This document shows positions 24,898-34,850 of a stretch of 46,130 nt of DNA, in pieces (positions within the stretch are counted from its first letter, which is position 1; every line of letters starts with the position of its first letter). Below the pieces are notes generated by a model, which was given only the letters and a program-made list of their open reading frames with translations, did not search any database and was not told the DNA's origin. A program made the translations under genes and the position numbers. This stretch comes from Phycisphaerae bacterium (lineage in GTDB: Bacteria; Planctomycetota; Phycisphaerae; Phycisphaerales; Phycisphaeraceae): the NCBI GenBank assembly GCA_002688155.1, contig NZCH01000046.1, positions 1 through 46,130 on the forward strand, in the 5' to 3' direction.

Positions 24898-26985
24898 TCA
24901 TACTGTGACGGTTTGCTCGCCGCGCGACTGCGCTTCTGCGGCCACCTGCCGGACAAAGTCGTCCAGCGGCATCGCGCCCAGGTCACCGCGCAAGCGGTCG
25001 CGGACGGAGACGGCGCCCGCCTTTTCATCGCGGCCGCCCACGACCAGCATGTAGTTGACCTTGCGTTCCTGTGCAACCTTGATTTTCGCGTTCACACGTT
25101 CATTCGAAGCATCGAGTGATACGCGCAGTCCCTCATTGACCAGCGCCTGTTCAACCTGCCGCGCATAATCGAGGAATTTATCGCTGATCGGCAGGACACG
25201 CACCTGCTCGGGCGACAGCCAGAGCGGAAACGCGCCGGCGAAATGCTCTGTGAGCACGCCAATAAAACGCTCCATCGAGCCGAACGGCGCCCGGTGAATC
25301 ATGACCGGCCGATGCTCCGCGTTGTCCGCGCCAACATACGTAAGGTCGAATCGCTGCGGCAGGTTGTAGTCAACCTGCACGGTGCCCAACTGCCACTCGC
25401 GTCCGATCACGTCTTTGACGACGAAGTCAATCTTCGGCCCGTAGAACGCGGCTTCGCCGGGCTCCTCTGTGAAGGGCACGTCCAATGATTGCGCGGCGGC
25501 GGCGCACGCGGCTTCGGCCTTGTCCCAGTTCGACGGGGTGCCGACGTACTTGCTGCTGTCGGCATCGCGCAAGCCAACGCGCACGCGGTAGTCCGACATC
25601 GCCAGCGTGCGGAAGATGATCTTCACCAGTTCGAGACAGCCCTGCAGTTCGTCCGCCAGTTGATCTTCCGTGCAAAACAGGTGCGCGTCATCCTGCGTGA
25701 AGCCGCGAACGCGCGTCATGCCGCCCAGTTCGCCCGACTGCTCCCAACGATAGACCGTGCCGAACTCAGCCAACCGTACCGGCAGGTCACGGTAACTGTG
25801 CTTGTCCGACGCGTAAATCCGTATGTGATGCGGGCAATTCATCGGTTTGAGCAGATAGCCGTCGATCGTGCCTTCGTTCATCAAATTCGACAGTTGGGCG
25901 CAGGTGCAATTCTCGCCGGCCAGCGTGTCGACCTGTTCGGCGCTGATCAGCGGCGGGTACTGACTGTCGCGGTAATAAGGGTAATGCCCCGATGTTTTGT
26001 ACAAGTCCAGTTTGCCGATGTGTGGCGTGAACACCTGGCTGTACCCCTGCCGGCGCAGGTGCTCGAGGATGAAATTTTGCAACTCCTGGCGGACGACGGC
26101 CCCGGCGGGCTTCCACAGAATCAGTCCCTGGCCGACCTGCTCGTCGATCGTGAACAGGCCCAGCTTCTGCCCGATGACGCGATGATCGCGCTGTCGGGCT
26201 TCTTCGAGATTCTCGAGGTGATCGTCCAGGTCCGCCTGCGAGAAAAACGCGGTGCCGTAAATGCGCTGGAACTGGTCTGACGTGACGTCACCGTGCCAGT
26301 GACTCGATGCGATGGAGAGAACCTTGAACGCCGCGACGTCACCCGTGGCGGGCACGTGCCCGCCCATACAAAGATCCTCCCAGTTCTCCACCTTAGCGCT
26401 GTCGCCACACTCACCTGTTACATAGAACGACAACATGTCAGCGCCGCCTTCAACCGCACGCTGTGCGTTGTCCACTTTGTACTTGTTTCCCTCAGCCTCG
26501 AGTTTCTCAATGCCTTCGTCGGCCGGCAATTCGTATCGCGTAAATCGCCTCTTCTCTTCGATGATCTCACGCATGCGTGATTCGATTCTGGCAAAATCGT
26601 CACTGGAGATAGGCGTGTCCAGTTGCAAGTCGTAGTAGAACCCGTTGTCGATCGGCGGCCCGTATGCCAGTTGGGTGTCGGGCCAAAGGTCACACACGGC
26701 CTCCGCGAGCACGTGAGCGCACGAGTGCCGCAGCAGATACAGTGCGTTCGGGTCATGGTCTCCTTTGGTTCGCCCGCTCTTGTCCGTGCGCGGGCGGGTG
26801 ACGATCGCCAGGTCGACGTCGTTGCCGTCATCGGGCAGTGGCCTGTTCAGGTCCCACAACTGTCCGCGCACCTTGGCGCCGATCGCGGCCCTGGCCAGGC
26901 CGGGCCCAATGTCCGCGGCGACTTGCGCCGGTGTAACCGGGCCTGAAAATTCCTTCTCACTTGAATCCGGCAAAATAACACGCAT
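24898..26985 (-). CDS. thrS: threonine--tRNA ligase
   Basis: It has a TGS-domain N-terminus, an HSCAHVLA editing motif, class II core motifs and an anticodon-binding C-terminus. GAGGAAACGA lies 5 nt upstream of the ATG. Confidence 0.92.
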   Translation of the reverse strand: MRVILPDSSEKEFSGPVTPAQVAADIGPGLARAAIGAKVRGQLWDLNRPLPDDGNDVDLAIVTRPRTDKSGRTKGDHDPNALYLLRHSCAHVLAEAVCDLWPDTQLAYGPPIDNGFYYDLQLDTPISSDDFARIESRMREIIEEKRRFTRYELPADEGIEKLEAEGNKYKVDNAQRAVEGGADMLSFYVTGECGDSAKVENWEDLCMGGHVPATGDVAAFKVLSIASSHWHGDVTSDQFQRIYGTAFFSQADLDDHLENLEEARQRDHRVIGQKLGLFTIDEQVGQGLILWKPAGAVVRQELQNFILEHLRRQGYSQVFTPHIGKLDLYKTSGHYPYYRDSQYPPLISAEQVDTLAGENCTCAQLSNLMNEGTIDGYLLKPMNCPHHIRIYASDKHSYRDLPVRLAEFGTVYRWEQSGELGGMTRVRGFTQDDAHLFCTEDQLADELQGCLELVKIIFRTLAMSDYRVRVGLRDADSSKYVGTPSNWDKAEAACAAAAQSLDVPFTEEPGEAAFYGPKIDFVVKDVIGREWQLGTVQVDYNLPQRFDLTYVGADNAEHRPVMIHRAPFGSMERFIGVLTEHFAGAFPLWLSPEQVRVLPISDKFLDYARQVEQALVNEGLRVSLDASNERVNAKIKVAQERKVNYMLVVGGRDEKAGAVSVRDRLRGDLGAMPLDDFVRQVAAEAQSRGEQTVTV

Positions 26986-27626
26986 CGTGGTCGTTTCCTC
27001 GTCAATGGCGGAGAGTTTAGCTTAAACGCATCGGTGTTATTACGCCGTCGAACATCTGGCCGTTGCTCCTACGGTGCTGCCGCTATGCGCCGAGGTAGTC
27101 GTTCGTCGGCCATTGGGCATTGGAGGTCTGGGTATTTGGATACTGCTTTGCGCGCGTTTGGCCCGTGATGCCCCATAACCATGTATCGCGGTTACCGGGG
27201 GAGAATTCTCGACAAACAATATAGAGAGCGACCTTTGTTTGGCCGCCTCGGCGTGTTTTGGATCACGGATTCACATCCATCGTCACGCGAGAGGCATTTG
27301 CCGCAACCAGGTGCCATACCTAGCCGCGGAAGGCAGACAATCTTGCGGGGAACGTCGCGTGCTGCGCGTTGACATCGCAAATACCCCGGGCGATTTGAAT
27401 TTCGACTCACCGGAACTCATGTCGGACGAGTTCTTTATGCGCATTGCCTTGTAAATAACGCGAGATCGTACCGCGGTGCGGTAGCCTTCAGGTGTACCCG
27501 GCCAGGCGCCCGGGTCTTTTCAGAGCACCCGGGTCTGATCCGTGGCCAGCCCCGGTTTCAACATCGGTTTCCACAACCTGGCCATTTCCACTACCATGTC
27601 TCGCTCGTGTCAAGGTGGGACAACAC

Positions 27627-28640
27627 ATGAAACAGAAGATTGAAGGCATTTACGTGCCGCATATAGTGCCGCTGCTGCCGAACGGTGACATCAACGAGCC
27701 GGAATTGCGGCGGTACATTTCCTGGATGATCGACCGCGGTGTACATGGGCTGTACCCCAACGGGTCCACCGGTGAGTTTCTGCGCTTCACACCCGACGAG
27801 CGGGCGCGGATCAACCAGATTGTGATCGACGAAGCACGCGGCCGGGTGCCGGTGCTCGCGGGCGCCGCCGAGTCCAACACGCGCGAAACGATTAAGGCGT
27901 GCGAGTTGTACCACTCGTACGGCGCCCGGGCGGTCGCCATCGTGTCGCCGTTTTATTACAACCTCTCGTCTGAGTCGGTCTACGCGTATTTCCATGAGAT
28001 CGCGACCAACTCGCCGATCGACGTGACGCTTTACAACATTCCAATGTTTGCCAGCCCGATTGACGTGCCGACGATCAAACGGCTGTCGCAACTCGAGCGC
28101 GTCGCGGCGATCAAGGACTCGTCGGGTGACATTGGGTTTGCGTCGCGCGTGATTAATGCCGTTCGGCCTGATCGCCCCGATTTCGTGTTTCTCACGGGCT
28201 GGGATCTGGCGCTCGTGCCGATGCTGCTCATGGGCGCCGACGGCGGCACAAATGCGTTGGCTGGCGTCGTGCCTGAGGTGACCCGACAGATTTTCGACGC
28301 CGTGCGCGCCGGGCAAATCGAGCAGGCCAAGGCGCTTCAGTTTCGCATCCTCGACCTGTTCGAAGCCGCCGTTTACTCGGAGGACTTTCCCGAGGGCGTG
28401 CGCGCCGCGGTCGAGCTGCGCGGTTTCGACCTCGGGGCCGGCCGTCAGCCGATCAGTGACAAGCAGCGCGTGGACATCGCGGCGCTGCGACGTGTGCTTC
28501 AGTGCATGATCGCCGACTTCGGGCTGACCGACCCGCCATCGGAAGGCTGCCCGCCCCGTACGGGCGGGATTGACCAGGACCGCATCGCCCAAATCACGCA
28601 GGGCGTGATCGACCAGCTGCGGCAGCGCGGCGTCATGTAG
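27627..28640 (+). CDS. dihydrodipicolinate synthase family (DapA/NAL-type class I aldolase) protein
   Basis: The [11 protein letters not shown] motif is present, and the putative Schiff-base Lys lies in [17 protein letters not shown] is upstream of ATG 27627. At 337 aa it is longer than canonical DapA. Confidence 0.85.
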   Translation: MKQKIEGIYVPHIVPLLPNGDINEPELRRYISWMIDRGVHGLYPNGSTGEFLRFTPDERARINQIVIDEARGRVPVLAGAAESNTRETIKACELYHSYGARAVAIVSPFYYNLSSESVYAYFHEIATNSPIDVTLYNIPMFASPIDVPTIKRLSQLERVAAIKDSSGDIGFASRVINAVRPDRPDFVFLTGWDLALVPMLLMGADGGTNALAGVVPEVTRQIFDAVRAGQIEQAKALQFRILDLFEAAVYSEDFPEGVRAAVELRGFDLGAGRQPISDKQRVDIAALRRVLQCMIADFGLTDPPSEGCPPRTGGIDQDRIAQITQGVIDQLRQRGVM

Positions 28641-28668
28641 CTCGTACCGATTCACGCTGGGTCCGCCC

Positions 28669-28674
28669 TATACT
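28669..28674 (+). promoter_or_regulatory. -10-like hexamer TATACT 7 nt before ATG 28682 (leaderless candidate)
   Basis: TATACT-gttgcgc-ATG. Confidence 0.4.
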
Positions 28675-28681
28675 GTTGCGC

Positions 28682-29800
28682 ATGACTGCCGCCGCGCCAG
28701 CGACGACCGAATTGGCTGCATCCGCCCCGACTGGCGAGTCGCTGGTAGAGGTCAGTCACCTAAAAACGTACTTCCCGGTCAAGCGTGGCCTGATGCGGCG
28801 CGTCGTTGCGCACCTCAAGGCGGTCGATGATGTTTCGTTTACGATCGGCGCGGGCAAAACGCTGGGTCTGGTCGGCGAATCAGGTTGCGGCAAGTCAACG
28901 GTCGGGCGGTCGATCCTTCGCCTGATCGACGCCACCGACGGCTCGGTGCGATTTGATGGCACGGATGTGTTCAGCGCGGGTCGGGGGGAACTCAAGCAGC
29001 TTCGCCGGCACATGCAGATCATCTTTCAGGACCCGGTCGGCTCGCTGAACCCGCGTATGACCGTTGGCCGAATCATCGGCGAACCAATCGGTGTGCACGG
29101 TTTGGCCAAAGGTGAGGCGCTTCGCCAACGCGTCGCATCGCTGCTTAAACGCGTGGGCCTGTCACCCGATCACGCGGCTCGATACCCACACGAGTTCTCC
29201 GGTGGGCAGCGGCAGCGCATCGGCATCGCACGCGCGCTGGCGCTTGAGCCCAAGTTCATCGTCTGCGATGAGCCGGTCAGCGCGCTTGACGTGTCAATCC
29301 AGTCACAAATACTGAACCTGCTGGATGACCTTCAGCACGAGTTCGGGCTGGCGTATTTGTTCATCGCGCACAACTTGGCGGTGATCGAACACTTTTGCGA
29401 TCGCGTGGCCGTGATGTACCTGGGCCGAATCGTCGAACTCGCGGACCGCGACGATATCTACGCTAACCCGCAGCATCCCTACACCAAAGCATTGTTGTCT
29501 GCCGTCCCCACACCGATACCGCCGGCCCCAGACACGGCCGGGTCGACGCGGATCGTCCTTCCCGGCGAAGTGCCGTCACCCGTCAAACCGCCGACCGGCT
29601 GTGCATTTCATCCGCGATGTCATTTGACACGTGAGCTGGCGAATACTGCCGGTGCCGACCAGGCTGGCGAGACCGTTCAGGTCACCGTTCAGGGAAAATC
29701 TACACGGGTCATGGCGCGATGCGTCAACGAACGCCCTACCCTGGACGTCGTCTCGGGCCAGACCGGGCAATATGTGGCGTGCTGGTACCACGACCGGTAG
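28682..29800 (+). CDS. ABC transporter ATP-binding protein, oligopeptide/dipeptide (OppF/DppF) type
   Basis: Walker A is GESGCGKST, the signature is [15 protein letters not shown], and Walker B is [12 protein letters not shown]. The Opp C-terminal domain [12 protein letters not shown]...CAFHPRC is present. No permease or binding-protein gene is nearby. Confidence 0.85.
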   Translation: MTAAAPATTELAASAPTGESLVEVSHLKTYFPVKRGLMRRVVAHLKAVDDVSFTIGAGKTLGLVGESGCGKSTVGRSILRLIDATDGSVRFDGTDVFSAGRGELKQLRRHMQIIFQDPVGSLNPRMTVGRIIGEPIGVHGLAKGEALRQRVASLLKRVGLSPDHAARYPHEFSGGQRQRIGIARALALEPKFIVCDEPVSALDVSIQSQILNLLDDLQHEFGLAYLFIAHNLAVIEHFCDRVAVMYLGRIVELADRDDIYANPQHPYTKALLSAVPTPIPPAPDTAGSTRIVLPGEVPSPVKPPTGCAFHPRCHLTRELANTAGADQAGETVQVTVQGKSTRVMARCVNERPTLDVVSGQTGQYVACWYHDR

Positions 29801-29892
29801 CTGCATCAGGCACAGCGGGTCACTTGAAATCCCGGGGGGTTGCCTGTAAACTGCTTTGTTCGCGCCCAAACGAGGTCTACCGGAGTCCGCCC

Positions 29893-30174
29893 GTGTCAGT
29901 CAAAATCCGCATGAAACGCTTCGGTCGACGGCATCGCCCGTTTTATCGCATCTGCGCCATGGACACGCGGTCCGCCCGCGACAGCCAGTCCATCGAACAG
30001 TTGGGGTTTTACGATCCGCTCGAAGAGAATGACGACAAGGCAATCAAGGTCAACACCGAGCGTGTCATGTACTGGCTGGGTGTGGGCGCGCAGCCTTCGT
30101 CGACGGTCAAGAGCCTGCTTAAGAAGCGCGGCATCGACGCCGTGCCCGGCAAGCCGAAGCTGATCGAGGGGTAA
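29893..30174 (+). CDS. rpsP: 30S ribosomal protein S16
   Basis: (V)SVKIRMKRFGRRHRPFYRI is the S16 N-terminus. The start is GTG 29893 with GGAG 7 nt upstream. The upstream part of the track ORF was discarded. Confidence 0.9.
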   Translation: MSVKIRMKRFGRRHRPFYRICAMDTRSARDSQSIEQLGFYDPLEENDDKAIKVNTERVMYWLGVGAQPSSTVKSLLKKRGIDAVPGKPKLIEG

Positions 30175-30234
30175 TCAACGAGATTGTTGCCGGTATGACC
30201 CGAGCGGCTGTCCCCTGGGGGCGCCTTTATCGCC

Positions 30235-30954
30235 ATGCGCATCGATGTGCTGACTCTGTTCCCGGAAATGTTCGACAACGTGTTGTCGTCGAGCATACTC
30301 AAGCGCGCGGCGGACCCGGCGGTGACGCCGGCACCGGTGCGGTATCACCTGACGAACATCCGCGAATATACGACCGACAAGCACGGTAAGGTGGACAAAC
30401 CGCCATACGGGGGCGGCCCGGGCATGGTCATGCAGTGCCAGCCGGTGTGGGACGCGGTGCACGCCGTGGAAGCGCAGGATGCCGGCGTGCCCGCCACGCG
30501 CATCTTCATGACGCCGCAGGGCCGGCGGCTTGATCATCGACTGGTGGAAGAACTCGCCGATGAGCCGCGACTACTGATTGTCGCCGGGCATTACGAGGGC
30601 GTCGATCAGCGCGTGATCGACGCACTGGAACCGCTTTTGATCAGCATCGGTGACTACGTACTCACCGGTGGCGAGTTACCGGCCATGGTGCTGATCGACG
30701 CCGTGGTGCGCCTGCTGCCGGGCGTGCTGGGCGATGAAACCTCGGCACAGCACGAAAGTTTCTCCACCCAGGCCAACGGCCTGCTCGATTACCCGCACTA
30801 CACACGCCCACCGACCTGGCAGGGCTGCGATGTGCCACAGGTGCTGTTGTCCGGCAATCACGCTCAAATCGAAGCGTGGCGACGCGAGCAGTCACAGAAT
30901 CTCACGCAAGACCGCCGGCCCGATCTGCTCAATCGTGACGAACAGACAGATTGA
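30235..30954 (+). CDS. trmD: tRNA (guanine37-N1)-methyltransferase
   Basis: Motifs MRIDVLTLFPEMF, PPYGGGPGMVM, GHYEGVDQRV and SIGDYVLTGGELPAMVLIDAV identify TrmD. Confidence 0.9.
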   Translation: MRIDVLTLFPEMFDNVLSSSILKRAADPAVTPAPVRYHLTNIREYTTDKHGKVDKPPYGGGPGMVMQCQPVWDAVHAVEAQDAGVPATRIFMTPQGRRLDHRLVEELADEPRLLIVAGHYEGVDQRVIDALEPLLISIGDYVLTGGELPAMVLIDAVVRLLPGVLGDETSAQHESFSTQANGLLDYPHYTRPPTWQGCDVPQVLLSGNHAQIEAWRREQSQNLTQDRRPDLLNRDEQTD

Positions 30955-31181
30955 ACCGGATGAATCAGGTATGCCAAACGCAAAGCGAATGGCGCGAAAC
31001 ACTTTTTGCATGCGCGGCTTGCCCAAGCCGGTGACGTACTCATCGGCCATCGATTTGCGAATCGTGGCGAGGTTGCCCGGTAAAACCGCACATGCCGATG
31101 GCACACCATCCAAAAGGGACAATCACACACGACGCTGACCCAGTGCCGCGCATCGTCATATGACTTATTGATATAACACAG

Positions 31182-32615
31182 TTATCTCCGATACCCCGTG
31201 CCCGCCGCGCTGGCGAACTTCGAGAGCCGGTTGCTCACGTACAGCGCTTCGAGCAGGAACTCGCCGGCCGATGCCACGGACTGGTCATCTTTGATGTCCA
31301 GGTCCAGCCGGCGCGCCATGTCGGTCGCGGCTTCGTACAGTCCGTCAACCAGTTTCATGTTCGCGATGTACTCGTCGGCGGACACGTCGTCGCCGGCGGT
31401 GAGCGTCAGACCCTCGGTGAACTGTTCGATGATCAGCTCGTACTCGTCGACATCCGCGAGGTCTTCGAACACGCCCTTGACGGCCTCGCCGATCAGTGAC
31501 ACGATCAGCGCGTCCTCGGCGCCCTGGCCGTCTTCGGCGAGCATCAGCTCGACTTTGCCACGGCAAGAGGCTACCAGGTGCGCCAGATCGCACATGCGCG
31601 GGATTACACGGTCCTCGCCGGTGAGGATGCCGCGCCGCTCAGTGCTGGAGACCAGATTCTCCATGCACGCGATGCTGGTACGCACGGACACGCCCGACGC
31701 CTGGTTGATGTGTGAGCTTCGCCGCGCCAGGGCGACCGCCTCTTCGATGATGCGGTGCAGGTACGCGGGCACGTCGATAGCTGGCAGGCCGTTGTCCTGC
31801 GATTGCCGGTCGGTCCACGCATTGTCGTTGGTGATCGCCATGGCCTCGACGGTTGTTTGCGGGTAGTGCGTACGCACGACCGAGCCGATGCGGTCCTTCA
31901 GCGGTGTAACGATGCGCCCGCGGTTGGTGTAGTCCTCGGGGTTGGCGCTGAATGCGAGGCACACGTCCAAATCCAGCCGAATCGGGTACCCGCGAATCTG
32001 CACGTCGCGTTCTTCGAGCACGTTGAACAGGCCCACCTGAATGCGAGGCGCCAGGTCAGGCAATTCGTTGATAGCGAAGATGCCCCGGTTGGCGCGCGGG
32101 ATCAGACCAAAATGCATCGTCGATTCGTCGGAGAGGTACCGGCCCTCAGCATGCTTGACGATGTCAATCTCGCCAATCAGGTCGGCGATGGTCACGTCAG
32201 GCGTAGCCAGCTTTTCGTGATAACGCTCGTCACGGTGGAGCCAGCGGATGGGCGTATCGTCGCCGTGCTGATCGACGAGCCGTTTACCGATCGCGGTCAT
32301 CGGCGCGGCGGGATCGTCGGGGATCTCCAGTTCCGCGAGGATCGGTGTCCACTCGTCGAGGAGTTGCGGGAGCATGCGCAGCATGCGCGTCTTGGCCTGG
32401 CCGCGCAAACCCAGAAACAGCATGTCGTGCCGCGAGAGAATCGCGTGGCAAACCTGTGGCAGCACCGTCGTGCGATAGCCGATGATGCCGGGAAACAGTT
32501 CGTCGTTGTCACGTAACCGCCGTACGAGGTTGTCGCGCAGTTCCTGCTTCACGCTGCGGTGACGGTAGCCGGTCTTTTTGAGTTGGCCGAGGGTCGCGGG
32601 CTGGAGTTGATTCAT
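31182..32615 (-). CDS. AAA+ ATPase, Mg-chelatase ChlI/MoxR-like (often auto-annotated as sigma54-interacting)
   Basis: Walker A-like is LGLRGQAKT and Walker B is GIFAINELPDL, followed by VLEERDVQIRGYPIRLDLDVCLAFSANPEDY. The start is ATG 32615 (alternative 32639). Confidence 0.75.
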   Translation of the reverse strand: MNQLQPATLGQLKKTGYRHRSVKQELRDNLVRRLRDNDELFPGIIGYRTTVLPQVCHAILSRHDMLFLGLRGQAKTRMLRMLPQLLDEWTPILAELEIPDDPAAPMTAIGKRLVDQHGDDTPIRWLHRDERYHEKLATPDVTIADLIGEIDIVKHAEGRYLSDESTMHFGLIPRANRGIFAINELPDLAPRIQVGLFNVLEERDVQIRGYPIRLDLDVCLAFSANPEDYTNRGRIVTPLKDRIGSVVRTHYPQTTVEAMAITNDNAWTDRQSQDNGLPAIDVPAYLHRIIEEAVALARRSSHINQASGVSVRTSIACMENLVSSTERRGILTGEDRVIPRMCDLAHLVASCRGKVELMLAEDGQGAEDALIVSLIGEAVKGVFEDLADVDEYELIIEQFTEGLTLTAGDDVSADEYIANMKLVDGLYEAATDMARRLDLDIKDDQSVASAGEFLLEALYVSNRLSKFASAAGTGYRR

Positions 32616-32811
32616 GCTTGTCCTGTTCTCGGGTGTCATGCACCGTCGGTGCAACGCTAGGTCGACGGCATGAAATCGTCAAATCAGACGAAGTGCAGAG
32701 TCTGACAGTTGAAGATCGATAGTCGTCAGATATTCGCTTGACGTGTGAGGGTTTACGTTTGGGCGTGTTGCAATGCCGAAACACCGCGGGCACCAAACTC
32801 ATATAATCCGC

Positions 32812-32831
32812 ATGAAATTAGGAGATTTCAT
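32812..32831 (+). promoter_or_regulatory. 7-bp hairpin (ATGAAAT / ATTTCAT) presenting the usp SD (TAGGAG) in its loop
   Basis: Read directly from the sequence. The hairpin ends 1 nt before the TTG start at 32832, and TATAAT lies at 32799-32804. Confidence 0.4.
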
Positions 32832-33257
32832 TTGCTAAGCAGCCGACTTCTGATCGCGGTGAGCACGCCCTGGGCAAGCCAGAAGGTGACCGATCCGATC
32901 ATCAACCTGGCGCGTCGGCTGGACGCGGATGTGATCGCGGTGCACGTCGCGACACAGAGTGACGCGGATGAAAAGGAAGCGGACGCCAAGCATCGCGGCG
33001 AGCAGACGCTCGAACTGCTGGGCGATGCGATGCGCGCGCAGGGCATCGATTATGAGTGTGTGCTGCTGTTCTCCGATGATGTCGCCAAGGCGATCATCAA
33101 CACCGCGCGCGAGCGCGAGTGCACTGTGGTGGTCATGGGCATCGGCAAGCAGACGCTGCTGCAGCGTGTGTTTGGCAAGAACGTGCCGGCCGAGGTCGCG
33201 AGGCAGAGCAACCTGCCGGTACTGATGCTGCCGGCCCAGTGGGAAGGCCTGGTGTGA
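32832..33257 (+). CDS. universal stress protein (UspA family)
   Basis: LLIAVSTPWASQK...VIAVHV...VVVMGIGK...VARQSNLPVLMLP is the Usp pattern. The start is TTG 32832 with GGAG 7 nt upstream, in frame with the track ORF. Confidence 0.8.
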   Translation: MLSSRLLIAVSTPWASQKVTDPIINLARRLDADVIAVHVATQSDADEKEADAKHRGEQTLELLGDAMRAQGIDYECVLLFSDDVAKAIINTARERECTVVVMGIGKQTLLQRVFGKNVPAEVARQSNLPVLMLPAQWEGLV

Positions 33258-33369
33258 CTGCGCGCCCGGTGCCCGGCGCTACAGCGTGTTGCTTTCACTA
33301 CGTGCCTGGTTCGTCGAGACTGCATCCGCAAGCCGAAGTCGCAACATCACGTTTACGAGGAACCCCGCC

Positions 33370-34137
33370 GTGCTCGAACAACTTCTAACAGCTGAGAACC
33401 TCATCGCTCTGCTGACGCTCACGCTGCTCGAAGTGGTGCTGGGCATTGACAACGTAGTGTTCCTGACGATTCTCACGGGAAAATTGCCCGAGGAAAAACA
33501 GCGCGGCGCGCAGTTGCTTGGCCTGGCGCTGGCGATGCTGTTTCGAATTCTGCTGCTGTTTTGCATCAGTTGGATCATGAAGTTGACGATGCCGCTGTTC
33601 ACGCTGCCATTGGACATGGCACTGCAGGGCAGCGGCGGACCGGGCGAACCGTTTGCGATCACGCCCAAAGATCTGATCCTGATCGCCGGCGGACTGTTTT
33701 TGCTGGGCAAGGCGACACACGAGATCCACGGTGAACTGGAGGAGGATAAGCAGTCGCGCACGTCCTCGAAACAGAGGGCGGTCTATGCCGCAGTGCTCGT
33801 GCAGGTTGTAGCGATGGACATGATCTTCTCGCTCGATTCAGTGATCACGGCGGTTGGGATGGCCAAGAGCATTACCGTTATGGTCATCGCGGTGGTCGTG
33901 GCGATGGTGGTCATGATGGTCTTTGCCAACAAGATCAGCGCGTTCGTGCACCGGCACCCTACCGTGAAGATGCTTGCGCTGTCGTTTCTCTTGCTCATCG
34001 GCATGGTGCTTGTCGCCGACGGCTTGCACTTCCACATCGGTAAGGGATACATCTACTTCGCGATGGGTTTCTCATTGATCGTAGAAATGTTGAACCTGCG
34101 CGCAAAGAAAAAGCGTCAGGCAGCGCAGGCGACATAA
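33370..34137 (+). CDS. TerC family integral membrane protein
   Basis: LEVVLGIDNVVFLTIL and the second repeat FSLDSVITAVGM are TerC hallmark motifs. The start is GTG 33370 with GAGG upstream. Confidence 0.85.
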   Translation: MLEQLLTAENLIALLTLTLLEVVLGIDNVVFLTILTGKLPEEKQRGAQLLGLALAMLFRILLLFCISWIMKLTMPLFTLPLDMALQGSGGPGEPFAITPKDLILIAGGLFLLGKATHEIHGELEEDKQSRTSSKQRAVYAAVLVQVVAMDMIFSLDSVITAVGMAKSITVMVIAVVVAMVVMMVFANKISAFVHRHPTVKMLALSFLLLIGMVLVADGLHFHIGKGYIYFAMGFSLIVEMLNLRAKKKRQAAQAT

Positions 34138-34163
34138 CGTCCGCGACGTGTCGCTTCACCATA

Positions 34164-34850
34164 TTAAACATCTTCAACCACGTAAACGAACACTTTGCCC
34201 GGCCCATGCACGCCGGTGACGAGTTGCCCTTCGATGTCCGCGGTTTTGCTCGGCCCGCTGATGATCGCCTGGCTGGACGGCAGCGCGATGCCCGTCGCGT
34301 CATGCTGGGTCGCGAAATAGTCGAGCATGTCAGGCAGAATCTGCCTGGCGCCTACGATCGCGATATGTACCGGCGGAATCAGACTAAGCCCCCGGCTGTG
34401 CTTCGCGTCGACGTTGCAGATCAGTGACCCGGTCTCCGCCAGTGCTGCGTGCACATCGGTCACACCGACGTCAGTGTCGAACTGCACGTCCATCGTAGCG
34501 CCGCCGGCGAGCCAGTTGACGATTTGAATGTCCGCCGCCTCGATCGCGTTGTTCAGCGCATCCGCCTGGTCAAGCGAATCGAAGCCGACGACGATCCATT
34601 TCGCATCCAGCTCCACGAGTTTCGCGACGATCTGGTCAACCAATTCGTCAGCTGTGATGCGATCGACATGCATGCCCACGCTCGCGGCGCGGTCGCAGAA
34701 CATCGTGATCAGATCGTCATCGTGCGTGGCGAGGCGCACGAGCGCTTCGTCAACAGCCGGTGGTTCGTCGGGGACAATGGTTTGGGTGTGACCCAGTGCC
34801 GCCCGTACGCGGCCAAGAAACACCTCACGTTGTTCGCCGTGTTCGGTCAT
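34164..34850 (-). CDS. lutC: LUD-domain protein, lactate utilisation protein C
   Basis: It has a LUD/YkgG-type sequence. ATG 34850 overlaps the lutB stop as ATGA. The upstream 117 codons of the track ORF overlap lutB and were discarded. Confidence 0.8.
   Translation of the reverse strand: MTEHGEQREVFLGRVRAALGHTQTIVPDEPPAVDEALVRLATHDDDLITMFCDRAASVGMHVDRITADELVDQIVAKLVELDAKWIVVGFDSLDQADALNNAIEAADIQIVNWLAGGATMDVQFDTDVGVTDVHAALAETGSLICNVDAKHSRGLSLIPPVHIAIVGARQILPDMLDYFATQHDATGIALPSSQAIISGPSKTADIEGQLVTGVHGPGKVFVYVVEDV

Noticed and set aside
27300-27320. Minus-strand sigma54-like TGGCAC-ctgg-TTGC facing thrS.
   Set aside because: The GG-to-GC spacing is 11 nt instead of 12, and thrS already has a nearby SD/promoter-like region. 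This is probably chance.
27300-27340. SRP (4.5S) RNA-like string ACCAGGTGCC...CGCGGAAGGCAG.
   Set aside because: The GGAA tetraloop is not closed by the conserved CC/GG pairs, and the symmetric and asymmetric loop motifs (AGCAGCC) are absent.
33258-33369. Expected yybP-ykoY (Mn2+) riboswitch upstream of the TerC-family gene.
   Set aside because: The conserved GGGGAGUAG and UUGACAUA-type elements are not present in the 112-nt leader.
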